From a virus, in IMG/VR virus record IMGVR_UViG_3300011116_000796, positions 55,655 to 119,654 of that record: DNA of 64,000 nucleotides. One strand, written 5' to 3'. The position numbers and the translations under genes were made by a program. The notes below the pieces were generated by a model. The model did no database searches. It was given only the letters and a program-made list of their open reading frames with translations, and was not told the DNA's origin. Of this stretch, positions 55,991-63,998 are shown piece after piece (position 1 is the stretch's first letter; each line of letters begins with the position of its first letter).

Positions 55991-56683
55991 ATGTGGTTTC
56001 CGTTTTTAAGGAACTGCAAGATGATCAAACCATCACTACCATTACCAACTAATTCAAGTGGCGGAGACTCATGTGAGTCCTGCAAAATGCTTTGCGAGAA
56101 ATCGAAAGATAAAGTAGAGAAACTTGAGAGCAAGGTCGGAAAGATGACAATCGCTCTGACTGTGTCTGTAACTCTGCTTGGTCAAGAACTTGCCAAAACT
56201 GTCATGTCGTATGTTGATAGCATCAACAAGATATCAGATGTCTCAACTGATGGTGAAACAAGTCAAACTGAAGAGAAGGGTGAGCAATCGAATAACTTTG
56301 AACTCAAACCGAAGTCACCATTTGTCTTGCCTCCATCCGACAATTCGGATAAGAGCGATAAAACGCCAATGGCTGCAAATGAGCCTAAAGGCGACTCGCC
56401 ATTCAAACCATCACCATCTACAAATTCACAGTCGAGAGGACAGTCGAATTCTGACATTCAATCATTGCCATCTACTGAAGATATGAGGAATCTCATGCAG
56501 AGTGCTTTGAATGAGCCACAGGAATTGCCTAACCTATCTCAGTTGATGTCATATGACCTTGCACCATTCGGTGGGTATGACATGTATACAGTTCCCGCAC
56601 TCGACTATACAAATATCCCATCGCCAAGTGGAATCTATTTGTTCGCCATGGGTGGAATGTTCGGATCTCGCAATCGTTCATAA
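55991..56683 (+). CDS. Protein with PEP-CTERM-like C-terminal sorting signal
   Basis: Ends IPSPSG-IYLFAMGGMFGS-RNRS; CTAAATA box at 55946; exact start uncertain. Confidence 0.65.
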   Translation: MWFPFLRNCKMIKPSLPLPTNSSGGDSCESCKMLCEKSKDKVEKLESKVGKMTIALTVSVTLLGQELAKTVMSYVDSINKISDVSTDGETSQTEEKGEQSNNFELKPKSPFVLPPSDNSDKSDKTPMAANEPKGDSPFKPSPSTNSQSRGQSNSDIQSLPSTEDMRNLMQSALNEPQELPNLSQLMSYDLAPFGGYDMYTVPALDYTNIPSPSGIYLFAMGGMFGSRNRS

Positions 56684-56695
56684 TAAAGGACAAGA

Positions 56696-57328
56696 ATGAA
56701 TAAGAATCTCCCCGCTATCGCTCTCGCAACATCATTGGCTGTTCCCGCTTCTGCTGGTCTTGTTAATGGAGGATTTGAATCCTTCCCCGTATGGGGTTAT
56801 GACTTCTACAGCGGAACCATTCCCGAAGACGGATGGGCAACAACTGCTCCCGACAATCTTATTGAAGTTTGGGGGAATGGATTCTTTGGAGTCCCTGCTT
56901 ATGAGGGAAACACATTTGCTGAACTGAACGCAAATTATGCATCAACACTCTATCAGCATGTTTCAAATGTGCCAGCAAACGGATCGGTGAACTGGCACTT
57001 CGCTCACCGTGGCCGTGATGGTGTAGATACAATGAATCTCACGATCACAGATCTTGGTGCAGATCAATCGTGGGGAGGTGGCGACGATACAGTTCTGTTC
57101 ACGCAGAACTTCTCAGCAGGCAATACTGACTGGGTCTTCAATTTTGGATCAGTGACCACCCTTGGTAACACAACAAGGTTTGCGTTTGAGGCTGTTAATG
57201 CCGTAGGTGGTAACACCCAAGGAAATCTTATTGACTTCTGCGATTTTGACATCAACGCAGTTCCTGCTCCAGGTGCAATTGCCTTGGTGGGTCTCGCTGC
57301 GTTCTTTATGTCACGCCGCCGACTTTGA
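56696..57328 (+). CDS. PEP-CTERM sorting-domain protein
   Basis: Signal peptide MNKNLPAIALATSLAVPASA, LVNGGFE beta-sandwich start, C-terminal VPAPG-AIALVGLAAFFMS-RRRL. Confidence 0.9.
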   Translation: MNKNLPAIALATSLAVPASAGLVNGGFESFPVWGYDFYSGTIPEDGWATTAPDNLIEVWGNGFFGVPAYEGNTFAELNANYASTLYQHVSNVPANGSVNWHFAHRGRDGVDTMNLTITDLGADQSWGGGDDTVLFTQNFSAGNTDWVFNFGSVTTLGNTTRFAFEAVNAVGGNTQGNLIDFCDFDINAVPAPGAIALVGLAAFFMSRRRL

Positions 57329-57344
57329 TATGAAATTCAAAAAC

Positions 57345-57379
57345 AAAAAGCCCCCGCATTACTGCGGGGGTTTTCTTTT
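57345..57379. terminator. Bidirectional Rho-independent terminator
   Basis: aaaaag-cccccgca-ttac-tgcggggg-ttttctttt between convergent genes. Confidence 0.9.
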
Positions 57380-57394
57380 GGACTCGTAGTTCTC

Positions 57395-57703
57395 TTACTG
57401 AGGAACGGTCTGATCGTAGTAGTGCTGACCCTGATCGGTCAGGTTGTACTCGGGATTGCCCTCTTCGTCGTAGACGGTCACTTCGACCAACTTGCCGTTC
57501 GTGCCCGTGGGCGCAGAAGCGTTCTCTTCAAGGGCACCCATCAGGATGGAGACTGCCATTGAGGGGTTGGTGGTGAGCATCCACACGGCCACCTCCTGAA
57601 GGGACATGGTAGCGGGACGATCCTTGTAGGTCAGCCAGTTCTCAGCGACTTGATCGTCGGCTTGGGCGGGAGGGGGCAGGACGGCAGTAGTGGTCTTCTT
57701 CAT
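57395..57703 (-). CDS. Hypothetical early protein
   Basis: ORF starting MKKTTT just downstream of a sigma70 promoter. Confidence 0.7.
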   Translation of the reverse strand: MKKTTTAVLPPPAQADDQVAENWLTYKDRPATMSLQEVAVWMLTTNPSMAVSILMGALEENASAPTGTNGKLVEVTVYDEEGNPEYNLTDQGQHYYDQTVPQ

Positions 57704-57711
57704 ACGCCATA

Positions 57712-57739
57712 AGTATACAGACTTTTGGCATTCTGTCAA
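57712..57739 (-). promoter_or_regulatory. Sigma70-type promoter
   Basis: TTGACA-16 nt-TATACT on - strand. Confidence 0.8.
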
Positions 57740-57751
57740 GCCCCTAAACCA

Positions 57752-58063
57752 CTACCAATCGTGCATGGGATTGGTTTCACTTATCGGACTATCGTGGGTG
57801 ACCTCACGAACAATTCCCTTGGCGGCATCGGCAAATTCAAGAATCGGAAGTTTCCTAGCCGAATCGATGAGTTTCATGCAATCTTGAATTTCATCAAGGT
57901 TATCGAACAGATCCAGATTGACGCATTCCACGCTGATTCCTGATAGAGTGTTATCGTCATTCCAGTACGCATGGTGAATTGCGTATCTGTTAATAATGTT
58001 GCCGTCACTATCCCAAAGAGAGTGACGGCAGACTCTGTAGTTATGAATCCTGTCATCGGACAT
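57752..58063 (-). CDS. Hypothetical protein
   Basis: 103 aa; NYRV...YAIH..Y....A...P.L pattern common in small phage proteins; TAATG coupling. Confidence 0.7.
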   Translation of the reverse strand: MSDDRIHNYRVCRHSLWDSDGNIINRYAIHHAYWNDDNTLSGISVECVNLDLFDNLDEIQDCMKLIDSARKLPILEFADAAKGIVREVTHDSPISETNPMHDW

Positions 58064-58278
58064 TACTTCTTCTCCGTAAGCCTTACGATTTCACGAACCA
58101 ATGATTCGATCATGAGAGCGGCATTTCCATATAGTTGAGAGTCTCCACAGATAGAGACCAAACTGTTCTTGGATTCCGCACGAAGTTTTGCAGCAAGCCG
58201 TAAAGCATTACTCTGCTTCATGAGCCTACGCAGAGTTGCTCTTGCTTCCTTTTCTGTAGGTTGTTCACTCACTTGCAT
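58063..58278 (-). CDS. Hypothetical protein
   Basis: 71-aa ORF within a coupled - strand gene string. Confidence 0.6.
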   Translation of the reverse strand: MQVSEQPTEKEARATLRRLMKQSNALRLAAKLRAESKNSLVSICGDSQLYGNAALMIESLVREIVRLTEKK

Positions 58279-58486
58279 TCCCCTTGAGAGAAAGAATGTG
58301 CTTGGTCACATCCATGGTGATGTTGGTAAGTTCGATCTCTTCCTCTTCGGTGATCCACGAAAGACCAGTCTTAATGACATAGTTCAATTCACGAATCATG
58401 CAAACAAGATCGTCAAGTTGGGCATTGTCTTCTTTCCAACTCTCAATACCGTGGAGAGCGACAATCATACCAATAAAGTTGCTCAT
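58265..58486 (-). CDS. Hypothetical protein
   Basis: Probable start at ATG 58486 (MSNFIG), just after the stop of the 57-aa upstream ORF. Confidence 0.55.
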   Translation of the reverse strand: MSNFIGMIVALHGIESWKEDNAQLDDLVCMIRELNYVIKTGLSWITEEEEIELTNITMDVTKHILSLKGNASE

Positions 58487-58493
58487 GTGGCAG

Positions 58494-58667
58494 TCACTTG
58501 GTCTCATCTTTTGTTTCCTCATCTGCGAAGTAGTTGTTGAGAGCGTTCAGAACACTGAGATAGAGATTGGTTCCCCATGTGTCGCCTCTGTCACCAAACT
58601 TCTCGGTGACAGACTTGGCGAACGCATAAGAGATCTGCTGAAGATCATCTTGAGAGGGCTTCGTCAT
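58494..58667 (-). CDS. Small hypothetical protein (57 aa, absent from ORF track)
   Basis: MTKPSQDDLQQISYAFAKSVTEKFG...EETKDETK; ATGA overlap with upstream gene fills the gap exactly. Confidence 0.65.
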   Translation of the reverse strand: MTKPSQDDLQQISYAFAKSVTEKFGDRGDTWGTNLYLSVLNALNNYFADEETKDETK

Positions 58668-59071
58668 CGCTTCCCTGCTTCAAGAATCGGAAGCCCCGCT
58701 TCCGTAGGGATGTAGATGACAGAGTTCGAACCCGACTCAAGGTTCTGAATCCAAAGCCAACGGAGGTACGATTCATTTCCTGCGAGAGATTCTCCGATGA
58801 TAAGATTCGCTTGTGCAACACCATGCGCCCTTTCGATTTCTGCCATCGCTAGTGCCTTGGCGGCTTCACGCTTGGATTCTGCCTCAAGAATCTGAATCTT
58901 TCGATTTTGTTCTGCCTGTGCGTATTGCGCCGCACCCTCCATCTCAGCCGCCCACACATTGTACTTCGGCTTCAAATAGGCGCACGATCCCACGACTGCG
59001 GTGAGGCCGATAACACCAATGGCAGCGAGAGTGAGGATAGAGTAACCATTTTCGTTTTCGATGTAAGACAT
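58664..59071 (-). CDS. Membrane-anchored SPFH/stomatin-prohibitin-like phage protein
   Basis: N-terminal TM, AE-rich coiled coil (AQAEQNRKI..EAE..REAA), YLRWLWI, VIYIPTEAGLPILEAG. Confidence 0.75.
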   Translation of the reverse strand: MSYIENENGYSILTLAAIGVIGLTAVVGSCAYLKPKYNVWAAEMEGAAQYAQAEQNRKIQILEAESKREAAKALAMAEIERAHGVAQANLIIGESLAGNESYLRWLWIQNLESGSNSVIYIPTEAGLPILEAGKR

Positions 59072-59128
59072 TCTGTTCGTTTCCTTTGCTTGAATTAGTT
59101 AGAACCAGACATTTGGTTCTTTGGGTTA

Positions 59129-59156
59129 ATTGTATAGTGTTGGGAGGATATGTCAA
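59129..59156 (-). promoter_or_regulatory. Sigma70-type promoter
   Basis: TTGACA-16 nt-TACAAT on - strand. Confidence 0.7.
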
Positions 59157-59175
59157 TAGGTAAAGGTGTGAGAAC

Positions 59176-59421
59176 TTACTTTTTCTTTTGAAGCCGAATT
59201 GGAGTTATCGGTCTAGATTCCCACTCTTCGGGAAACTGACCTTCGAAGATTTCCTCGACCCAAAGTAGGGGCAATTCTTGTTCGACATCTCTACCGTCAA
59301 TATCACCGTAGAGCCAACAGTTTCCCTTTGCAAGATCGATTCTTTTGATTTCGTATTTGCCGCTGTCATCATCGTCGGAGATGTAGATCTTGTCTCCAAC
59401 CTTGAGTTTCGTTGTTTTCAT
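59176..59421 (-). CDS. Hypothetical protein (KOW/SH3-like start)
   Basis: LKVGDKIYI motif; ATGA overlap with upstream gene. Confidence 0.65.
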   Translation of the reverse strand: MKTTKLKVGDKIYISDDDDSGKYEIKRIDLAKGNCWLYGDIDGRDVEQELPLLWVEEIFEGQFPEEWESRPITPIRLQKKK

Positions 59422-59879
59422 TTCGTATTACCCTTTCTCTTTCTTGAGAACGCTGCTAGACCAAGTGCGAGAATTGGAATTGCACTTGGAGATGGAATTG
59501 GAGGTGGGTATGTTACTGATATATCACCAATTTGGTTTGGAATCATCGGAAACGATACACTCTCCACTCTATCAAACTGAACAGGAATGTAGAGATCCTG
59601 ATTCATGGTCTGAATCGCCAACACAAGAAACTCATCATTATAGATCTTGTGTACCCAAAGCCCCGTAAATGAACCCATGAACATGGGCATATCATTCTGT
59701 GGGTAGTTGCTTACTGTTGGTAGGTAAAGAGCAGATGTAACAGGATTCGTGATCTGTGATGTAAAAGTGAAGACACTCGGATAGTTGTAAGAGTCTCCTA
59801 AGTAAACTGCTCCCTGATCTATAGTTCTTGAATATCTACCGGCAGAGTCATAAATCGTAGATGTTGAATATGAGATCAT
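59418..59879 (-). CDS. PEP-CTERM-type protein without evident signal peptide
   Basis: Ends IPSPSA-IPILALGLAAFS-RKRK; start at ATG overlapping upstream TGA with SD GGAG. Confidence 0.75.
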   Translation of the reverse strand: MISYSTSTIYDSAGRYSRTIDQGAVYLGDSYNYPSVFTFTSQITNPVTSALYLPTVSNYPQNDMPMFMGSFTGLWVHKIYNDEFLVLAIQTMNQDLYIPVQFDRVESVSFPMIPNQIGDISVTYPPPIPSPSAIPILALGLAAFSRKRKGNTK

Positions 59880-60559
59880 CACTTTCTCCGTCGATTTGAT
59901 CCAAGCGCACAACTGCACAGCGCAAGAGCAAATGTTCCAGGAGAAGGGACAACTTCCATGTAGTAGAAATTGTCCATGGCAAAATGCTTGCGGTATTTGC
60001 CCAACGAATCATCGATCTCATTCCAGATGTGCAATGTGTCGATTTCATACCCCGCACCATAACTCACCCATGATCGATATTCATTAGAAATACTTTGCCC
60101 ATAATCAAACACAGTATTTCCATCTCGGATTCCTTGAATCCTGATGTTTCCGTTTTCCCATATAGATGTAAACCAAGCACCAAAGAAGTGCCAGTTGTTT
60201 CCGCTTGCCAATCGAATTGACCAACGCACAGGTTCTGAGTGATAGTATTCGGTGTAATATGGAGTGAACGCTGCTCTTTGACCAATTACACCAATTGAAT
60301 AACTTCCTTCTTGAGCGATACTTGAGTTTGAATTGTAGTATCCCCAACCAGTGCTGTTCCAACCATTGCTATTCGCATATCGTGGTGGAGTGGGAACACC
60401 ATTCTCTAGGCATTCGAAACGAAGTCCCTGATATTTTTCAAGGAATCCTGCACCATTGAATGGTACACTCGGATCTTCCTCAAAATCAACTAGAGTGACG
60501 CTTGCGTTAGCAAAGCACGATGAAAGACACAGAGCAAAAAATCCATTGTAAATATTCAT
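59879..60559 (-). CDS. PEP-CTERM sorting-domain protein
   Basis: Signal peptide ending ANA-S, VDFE start, FAMDNF near end, C-terminal VPSPGT-FALALCSCALGS-NRRRK. Confidence 0.88.
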   Translation of the reverse strand: MNIYNGFFALCLSSCFANASVTLVDFEEDPSVPFNGAGFLEKYQGLRFECLENGVPTPPRYANSNGWNSTGWGYYNSNSSIAQEGSYSIGVIGQRAAFTPYYTEYYHSEPVRWSIRLASGNNWHFFGAWFTSIWENGNIRIQGIRDGNTVFDYGQSISNEYRSWVSYGAGYEIDTLHIWNEIDDSLGKYRKHFAMDNFYYMEVVPSPGTFALALCSCALGSNRRRK

Positions 60560-60612
60560 GATGATTTCCTATAATAAAGATTTCAGAGGGTCAAATTAAA
60601 TCAGAAGTTAAA

Positions 60613-61671
60613 TTATAAAGGTGGAACAGAATTTGGCTGTATGGTGTAACTACCAAATTCCGCTAATAAGATTGCAAGGTCTGCTCCATCCACAACTCCA
60701 TTAAAATTAAGATCACAAATCGAATTAGTTTTACCGAAATTAGCCTGCATTACTGCAAGGTCTGCTCCATCCACATTCCCATCTTGATTGAAATCGGCTG
60801 CTTTTGCGGAGATTTTGGTTCTTGAAATTTGATAATCTTTGCTTACCTGACTTATGAGGGCATTTAGATTGTCCATCTCCGGTGGCCTAATATACCCGCC
60901 GCTCCACGAAAGACCTATAAGAATAGTATCATTATATTTGTCCAAGACAAAATATGGAGTTCCACTATCACCAGAGAATACCGAATAAAAACAATTCTGA
61001 GAGCACGTTAATGTCTCTGCACCTTCGTTAATCCCGTTCTCTCCAAGAATTACAGTCTGAGTAAATGAAAATGGGTAACTCAGTGGTGGATTGGTTTGCC
61101 ATGTCGCAACACCCATTTTACTTTTAAGACATTTTCCATTACAGTCATGGTACCAAATTGTGTGGCCTGTGGGGATGTACTGAACATCGGCAATCTTGTT
61201 GTAAACTTTTACATCATCCACGGGAACTGATTCACTAAATTCAAGAAGTGTACGATCAGTTGAGGTGTTGACTGTCACTTTTGAAACCATCATTGTGTAT
61301 TTTGTGCCGGACTTTCCAAGAAAGGTATAACTCTCATTTGGATTGGGATTGGGATTGGTTCCTCTATAGTGCGTACTAATTAATGCATGTTGTGGAGTGA
61401 TAAGAACCGCACATGGAACGCCTGTATTGTAATAGTTAATATTTGATTGATCATACGCTGATGCAGTAGTCGGTCCTCTTCGATAAAAAGACCGCTGTCG
61501 TAAACTCACACCAGACCAATCTACGGCAGCACCTTGGCATTGTGGATTATATGCAACAGGAACACCATTGCAGCAGCAGGGGCAAGTTGCTTGATTGGGT
61601 GGGGTGTAGACCGCTTCTGGATTGTATAGGTGAATGTCGTGAATTTGGGGTATGTAAGTTTTTACGATCAT
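60613..61671 (-). CDS. Trypsin-like serine protease with C-terminal dockerin-like (GADL) repeats
   Basis: Triad motifs LITPQHALISTHY (His), DRTLLEF (Asp), GDSGTP (Ser); C-terminal ADFNQDGNVDGADLA and CDLNFNGVVDGADLAILL EF-hand pair. Confidence 0.85.
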   Translation of the reverse strand: MIVKTYIPQIHDIHLYNPEAVYTPPNQATCPCCCNGVPVAYNPQCQGAAVDWSGVSLRQRSFYRRGPTTASAYDQSNINYYNTGVPCAVLITPQHALISTHYRGTNPNPNPNESYTFLGKSGTKYTMMVSKVTVNTSTDRTLLEFSESVPVDDVKVYNKIADVQYIPTGHTIWYHDCNGKCLKSKMGVATWQTNPPLSYPFSFTQTVILGENGINEGAETLTCSQNCFYSVFSGDSGTPYFVLDKYNDTILIGLSWSGGYIRPPEMDNLNALISQVSKDYQISRTKISAKAADFNQDGNVDGADLAVMQANFGKTNSICDLNFNGVVDGADLAILLAEFGSYTIQPNSVPPL

Positions 61672-61748
61672 GACTCTTTCCTCATCACTAGTAGATAGGT
61701 CATAGCAAACTCATCTTTTTATACAGTCTGGTCATCTTGTTCATGTAA

Positions 61749-62837
61749 TTACTTTGCTCCCAAAACATCTCTTCCAAGAATGCCATTAGTGGTCAACATA
61801 TGGAAGGATGTATCTGCTAAAAGGTCGAAAGAAAGTTGCTCGTAAAATCCATTTGCTCCCCAAGGTGTTCCTTCGTGCCATAAACCTCTCTGTTGAGGGG
61901 GTGGGGTTGACGATCCATTCCACCCTGCCCGGGCACGACGGTCAGCGTCCATGACTTCAGATACTGCAACAGCACTAACATGACCATCAAAGAACAGTGT
62001 ATTTGGTGTGCTACTATTCCCTTGATTAAAGAACCAAGGAGTATATCCGCCAGCAAATCCGGGATTGAGTGGCCCACCGTCTTGATTCTGTAGCCAATAG
62101 AACTCAATCATGCGAGTCTTTAGTTCAGAATACTTTGCTTGACCCTGTGTAGGACACTTGTACCCTGCGGGAAGAGTATTAGGATTTCTAAATCCCTTGT
62201 CTGAAAGCACATCTGGGTTCCACAATGCGGCAGGACTCCAAACATATGTTGAAAACACTACTGCACCAGGTTGATTGGGAAGCAGAGTAAATTCGCCAGG
62301 ACTGCCTAGACCTTCATCTGCTCGTTCCATTGTCAGTTTGTCTTTTGGAGCAATAAAGGTTCGGTCATAGAAACGACCATTAATGTAACTATTGAACGCC
62401 TTTACATTAGGCAATCGGTAATAGCCAAAGCCTCCATTAGTGAAAGTCCACTCGTTTGGGTGGTACACAATCCAATTGTTGCACCCGCCTGGTTGTGTAA
62501 GCGGACACAAGCCGCCGCCCAACCAGTATCCGTACAGGTTTCCTTGACTGTCCCACCCCAAAATCTGTTGACCAGGACAGCCAATAGTATTCAGATACAC
62601 TTGGCAACTACCGTTAGCAAGACCAAAATCGTCTGCTGCTTGTGTAAACTGACGGTCAGCGTAATCAGCCCCGTAAGTAGCATTAGCAGCGGCAAGATTC
62701 CTTAGATTGCCAAGGCTTTGAGTCACTAGAGCAGCATCTCTTGCTCGTCCCAGTGCAGGAAGCAAAATTGCAATCAGTAGTGCGATAATGGCAACGACAA
62801 CCAACAACTCAACAATAGTAAATGCCTTCTTTTTCAT
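61749..62837 (-). CDS. Prepilin-type N-terminal cleavage/methylation protein (planctomycete DUF1559/H-X9-DG class)
   Basis: KKKA-FTIVELLVVVAIIALLIAILLPALGRAR..A....NLR.L; C-terminal NTLFFDGHV; SD AGGAG. Confidence 0.92.
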   Translation of the reverse strand: MKKKAFTIVELLVVVAIIALLIAILLPALGRARDAALVTQSLGNLRNLAAANATYGADYADRQFTQAADDFGLANGSCQVYLNTIGCPGQQILGWDSQGNLYGYWLGGGLCPLTQPGGCNNWIVYHPNEWTFTNGGFGYYRLPNVKAFNSYINGRFYDRTFIAPKDKLTMERADEGLGSPGEFTLLPNQPGAVVFSTYVWSPAALWNPDVLSDKGFRNPNTLPAGYKCPTQGQAKYSELKTRMIEFYWLQNQDGGPLNPGFAGGYTPWFFNQGNSSTPNTLFFDGHVSAVAVSEVMDADRRARAGWNGSSTPPPQQRGLWHEGTPWGANGFYEQLSFDLLADTSFHMLTTNGILGRDVLGAK

Positions 62838-62850
62838 ATTTTCTCCTTAA

Positions 62851-63219
62851 TTAAAGTAGTCCCATCTCTTCATCAAGTCTAGTCATCTCTTTAAGTGCCT
62901 CATCTACACTAATTTTAAGTTTACTCGGATGATCCTTGAGGTATTCCCACCCACGCTTCTCGTATTCCTCATTCATCTCTTTGGTGGATGCACGATCAGA
63001 CAGCAGGAGCATCGCTTCCCGCCTCGCCTCGTCACGCTCCTTACGCAGACGCTGAATCTCGTTACCCCGTAGGTCTTGGATTTTAATGGCTGCTTCGTAT
63101 AGCAGCGTAGGAATACCGTCCAGTTCGGATCGTTCCCCAAATGGGGTGGATGCTTGCCTGCGGCTCAACTCATAATACATCGACCTGAGCCTGTCAACGA
63201 TGTCTGTGTTGTCATCCAT
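62851..63219 (-). CDS. Hypothetical protein
   Basis: DIVDRLR...EAA..I..LR...ERDEARR phage motif; SD AGGAG before ATG 63219. Confidence 0.7.
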   Translation of the reverse strand: MDDNTDIVDRLRSMYYELSRRQASTPFGERSELDGIPTLLYEAAIKIQDLRGNEIQRLRKERDEARREAMLLLSDRASTKEMNEEYEKRGWEYLKDHPSKLKISVDEALKEMTRLDEEMGLL

Positions 63220-63236
63220 TGTTGTTCTCCTTGTTA

Positions 63237-63518
63237 TCAAATCTTCTTGGGCAGAGTGAGGGGGTAGGAAGGTCCGCTGACAACTTCATTCTGAATGAGG
63301 ATGGTCTTCAGGGTGTCGAATGCCTCACCCATCTCCTCTGAGATGTCATCACATGCCTTCTCAATATCACGACCGCTGATGGAGCGTGACGAGACATTAT
63401 TGTTGAGTTTAGTAATCTTTGCGAACAGACCCTCCATCGTCTTTGCGATGTCGTAGAGGTCAGATGCACTTGTGGTAACGGTCTTGTTGGTCTTGTTCTT
63501 TGTTGCAGTCTTAGGCAT
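63237..63518 (-). CDS. Hypothetical early protein
   Basis: Start MPKTATK after SD AGGAG and promoter. Confidence 0.7.
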   Translation of the reverse strand: MPKTATKNKTNKTVTTSASDLYDIAKTMEGLFAKITKLNNNVSSRSISGRDIEKACDDISEEMGEAFDTLKTILIQNEVVSGPSYPLTLPKKI

Positions 63519-63539
63519 TGTCAATCTCCTTGTTGTTAG

Positions 63540-63568
63540 AGTATAGCAGGTAAATGGTGTGCTGTCAA
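63540..63568 (-). promoter_or_regulatory. Sigma70-type promoter
   Basis: TTGACA-17 nt-TATACT on - strand. Confidence 0.85.
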
Positions 63569-63666
63569 GCAAACATCTTGCGGATCTTTTTGTAGCCGTA
63601 GTATGCCACCATTGACACTCCAGCAACGATGGCTGCGGCTTTGATGTACTTCCAAAAGTTATTCAT
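63565..63666 (-). CDS. 33-aa single-TM peptide
   Basis: MNNFWKYIKAAAIVAGVSMVAYYGYKKIRKMFA; SD AAGGAG. Confidence 0.65.
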   Translation of the reverse strand: MNNFWKYIKAAAIVAGVSMVAYYGYKKIRKMFA

Positions 63667-63686
63667 GGCTTTCTCCTTTCTGTGTT

Positions 63687-63998
63687 TCAGTTGATTACTT
63701 CTGTTGTGACGGGAACGGGTTTTGAGCGTTGCTTGTACTTCTTGTACAGGAAATAGGCAAGGTAGGCAATCGCCGCCAAGATACCCATTTTCAATAGGGA
63801 CGAGAACCATCCGCTGCTGGGCTTCTCATTGGTCTTACTGCCATCCGCTTCCTCGCTGTGTGCGTGGTTCTTCTTGCAAGCACATCCCGAAAAGTAGAGA
63901 CTGCTGTAGTGGCGCAACTCGGATTCAAGATGACGAATCTTGTTGTCCTTGCTTAAAAGTTTCCACTTGGTGTCATGCAAGTGAACCATGTAGAGCAA
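63687..63998 (-). CDS. Membrane protein, 5'-truncated at window edge
   Basis: Open to window end; C-terminal TM MGILAAIAYLAYFLY followed by KKYK. Confidence 0.6.
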   Translation of the reverse strand: MLYMVHLHDTKWKLLSKDNKIRHLESELRHYSSLYFSGCACKKNHAHSEEADGSKTNEKPSSGWFSSLLKMGILAAIAYLAYFLYKKYKQRSKPVPVTTEVIN

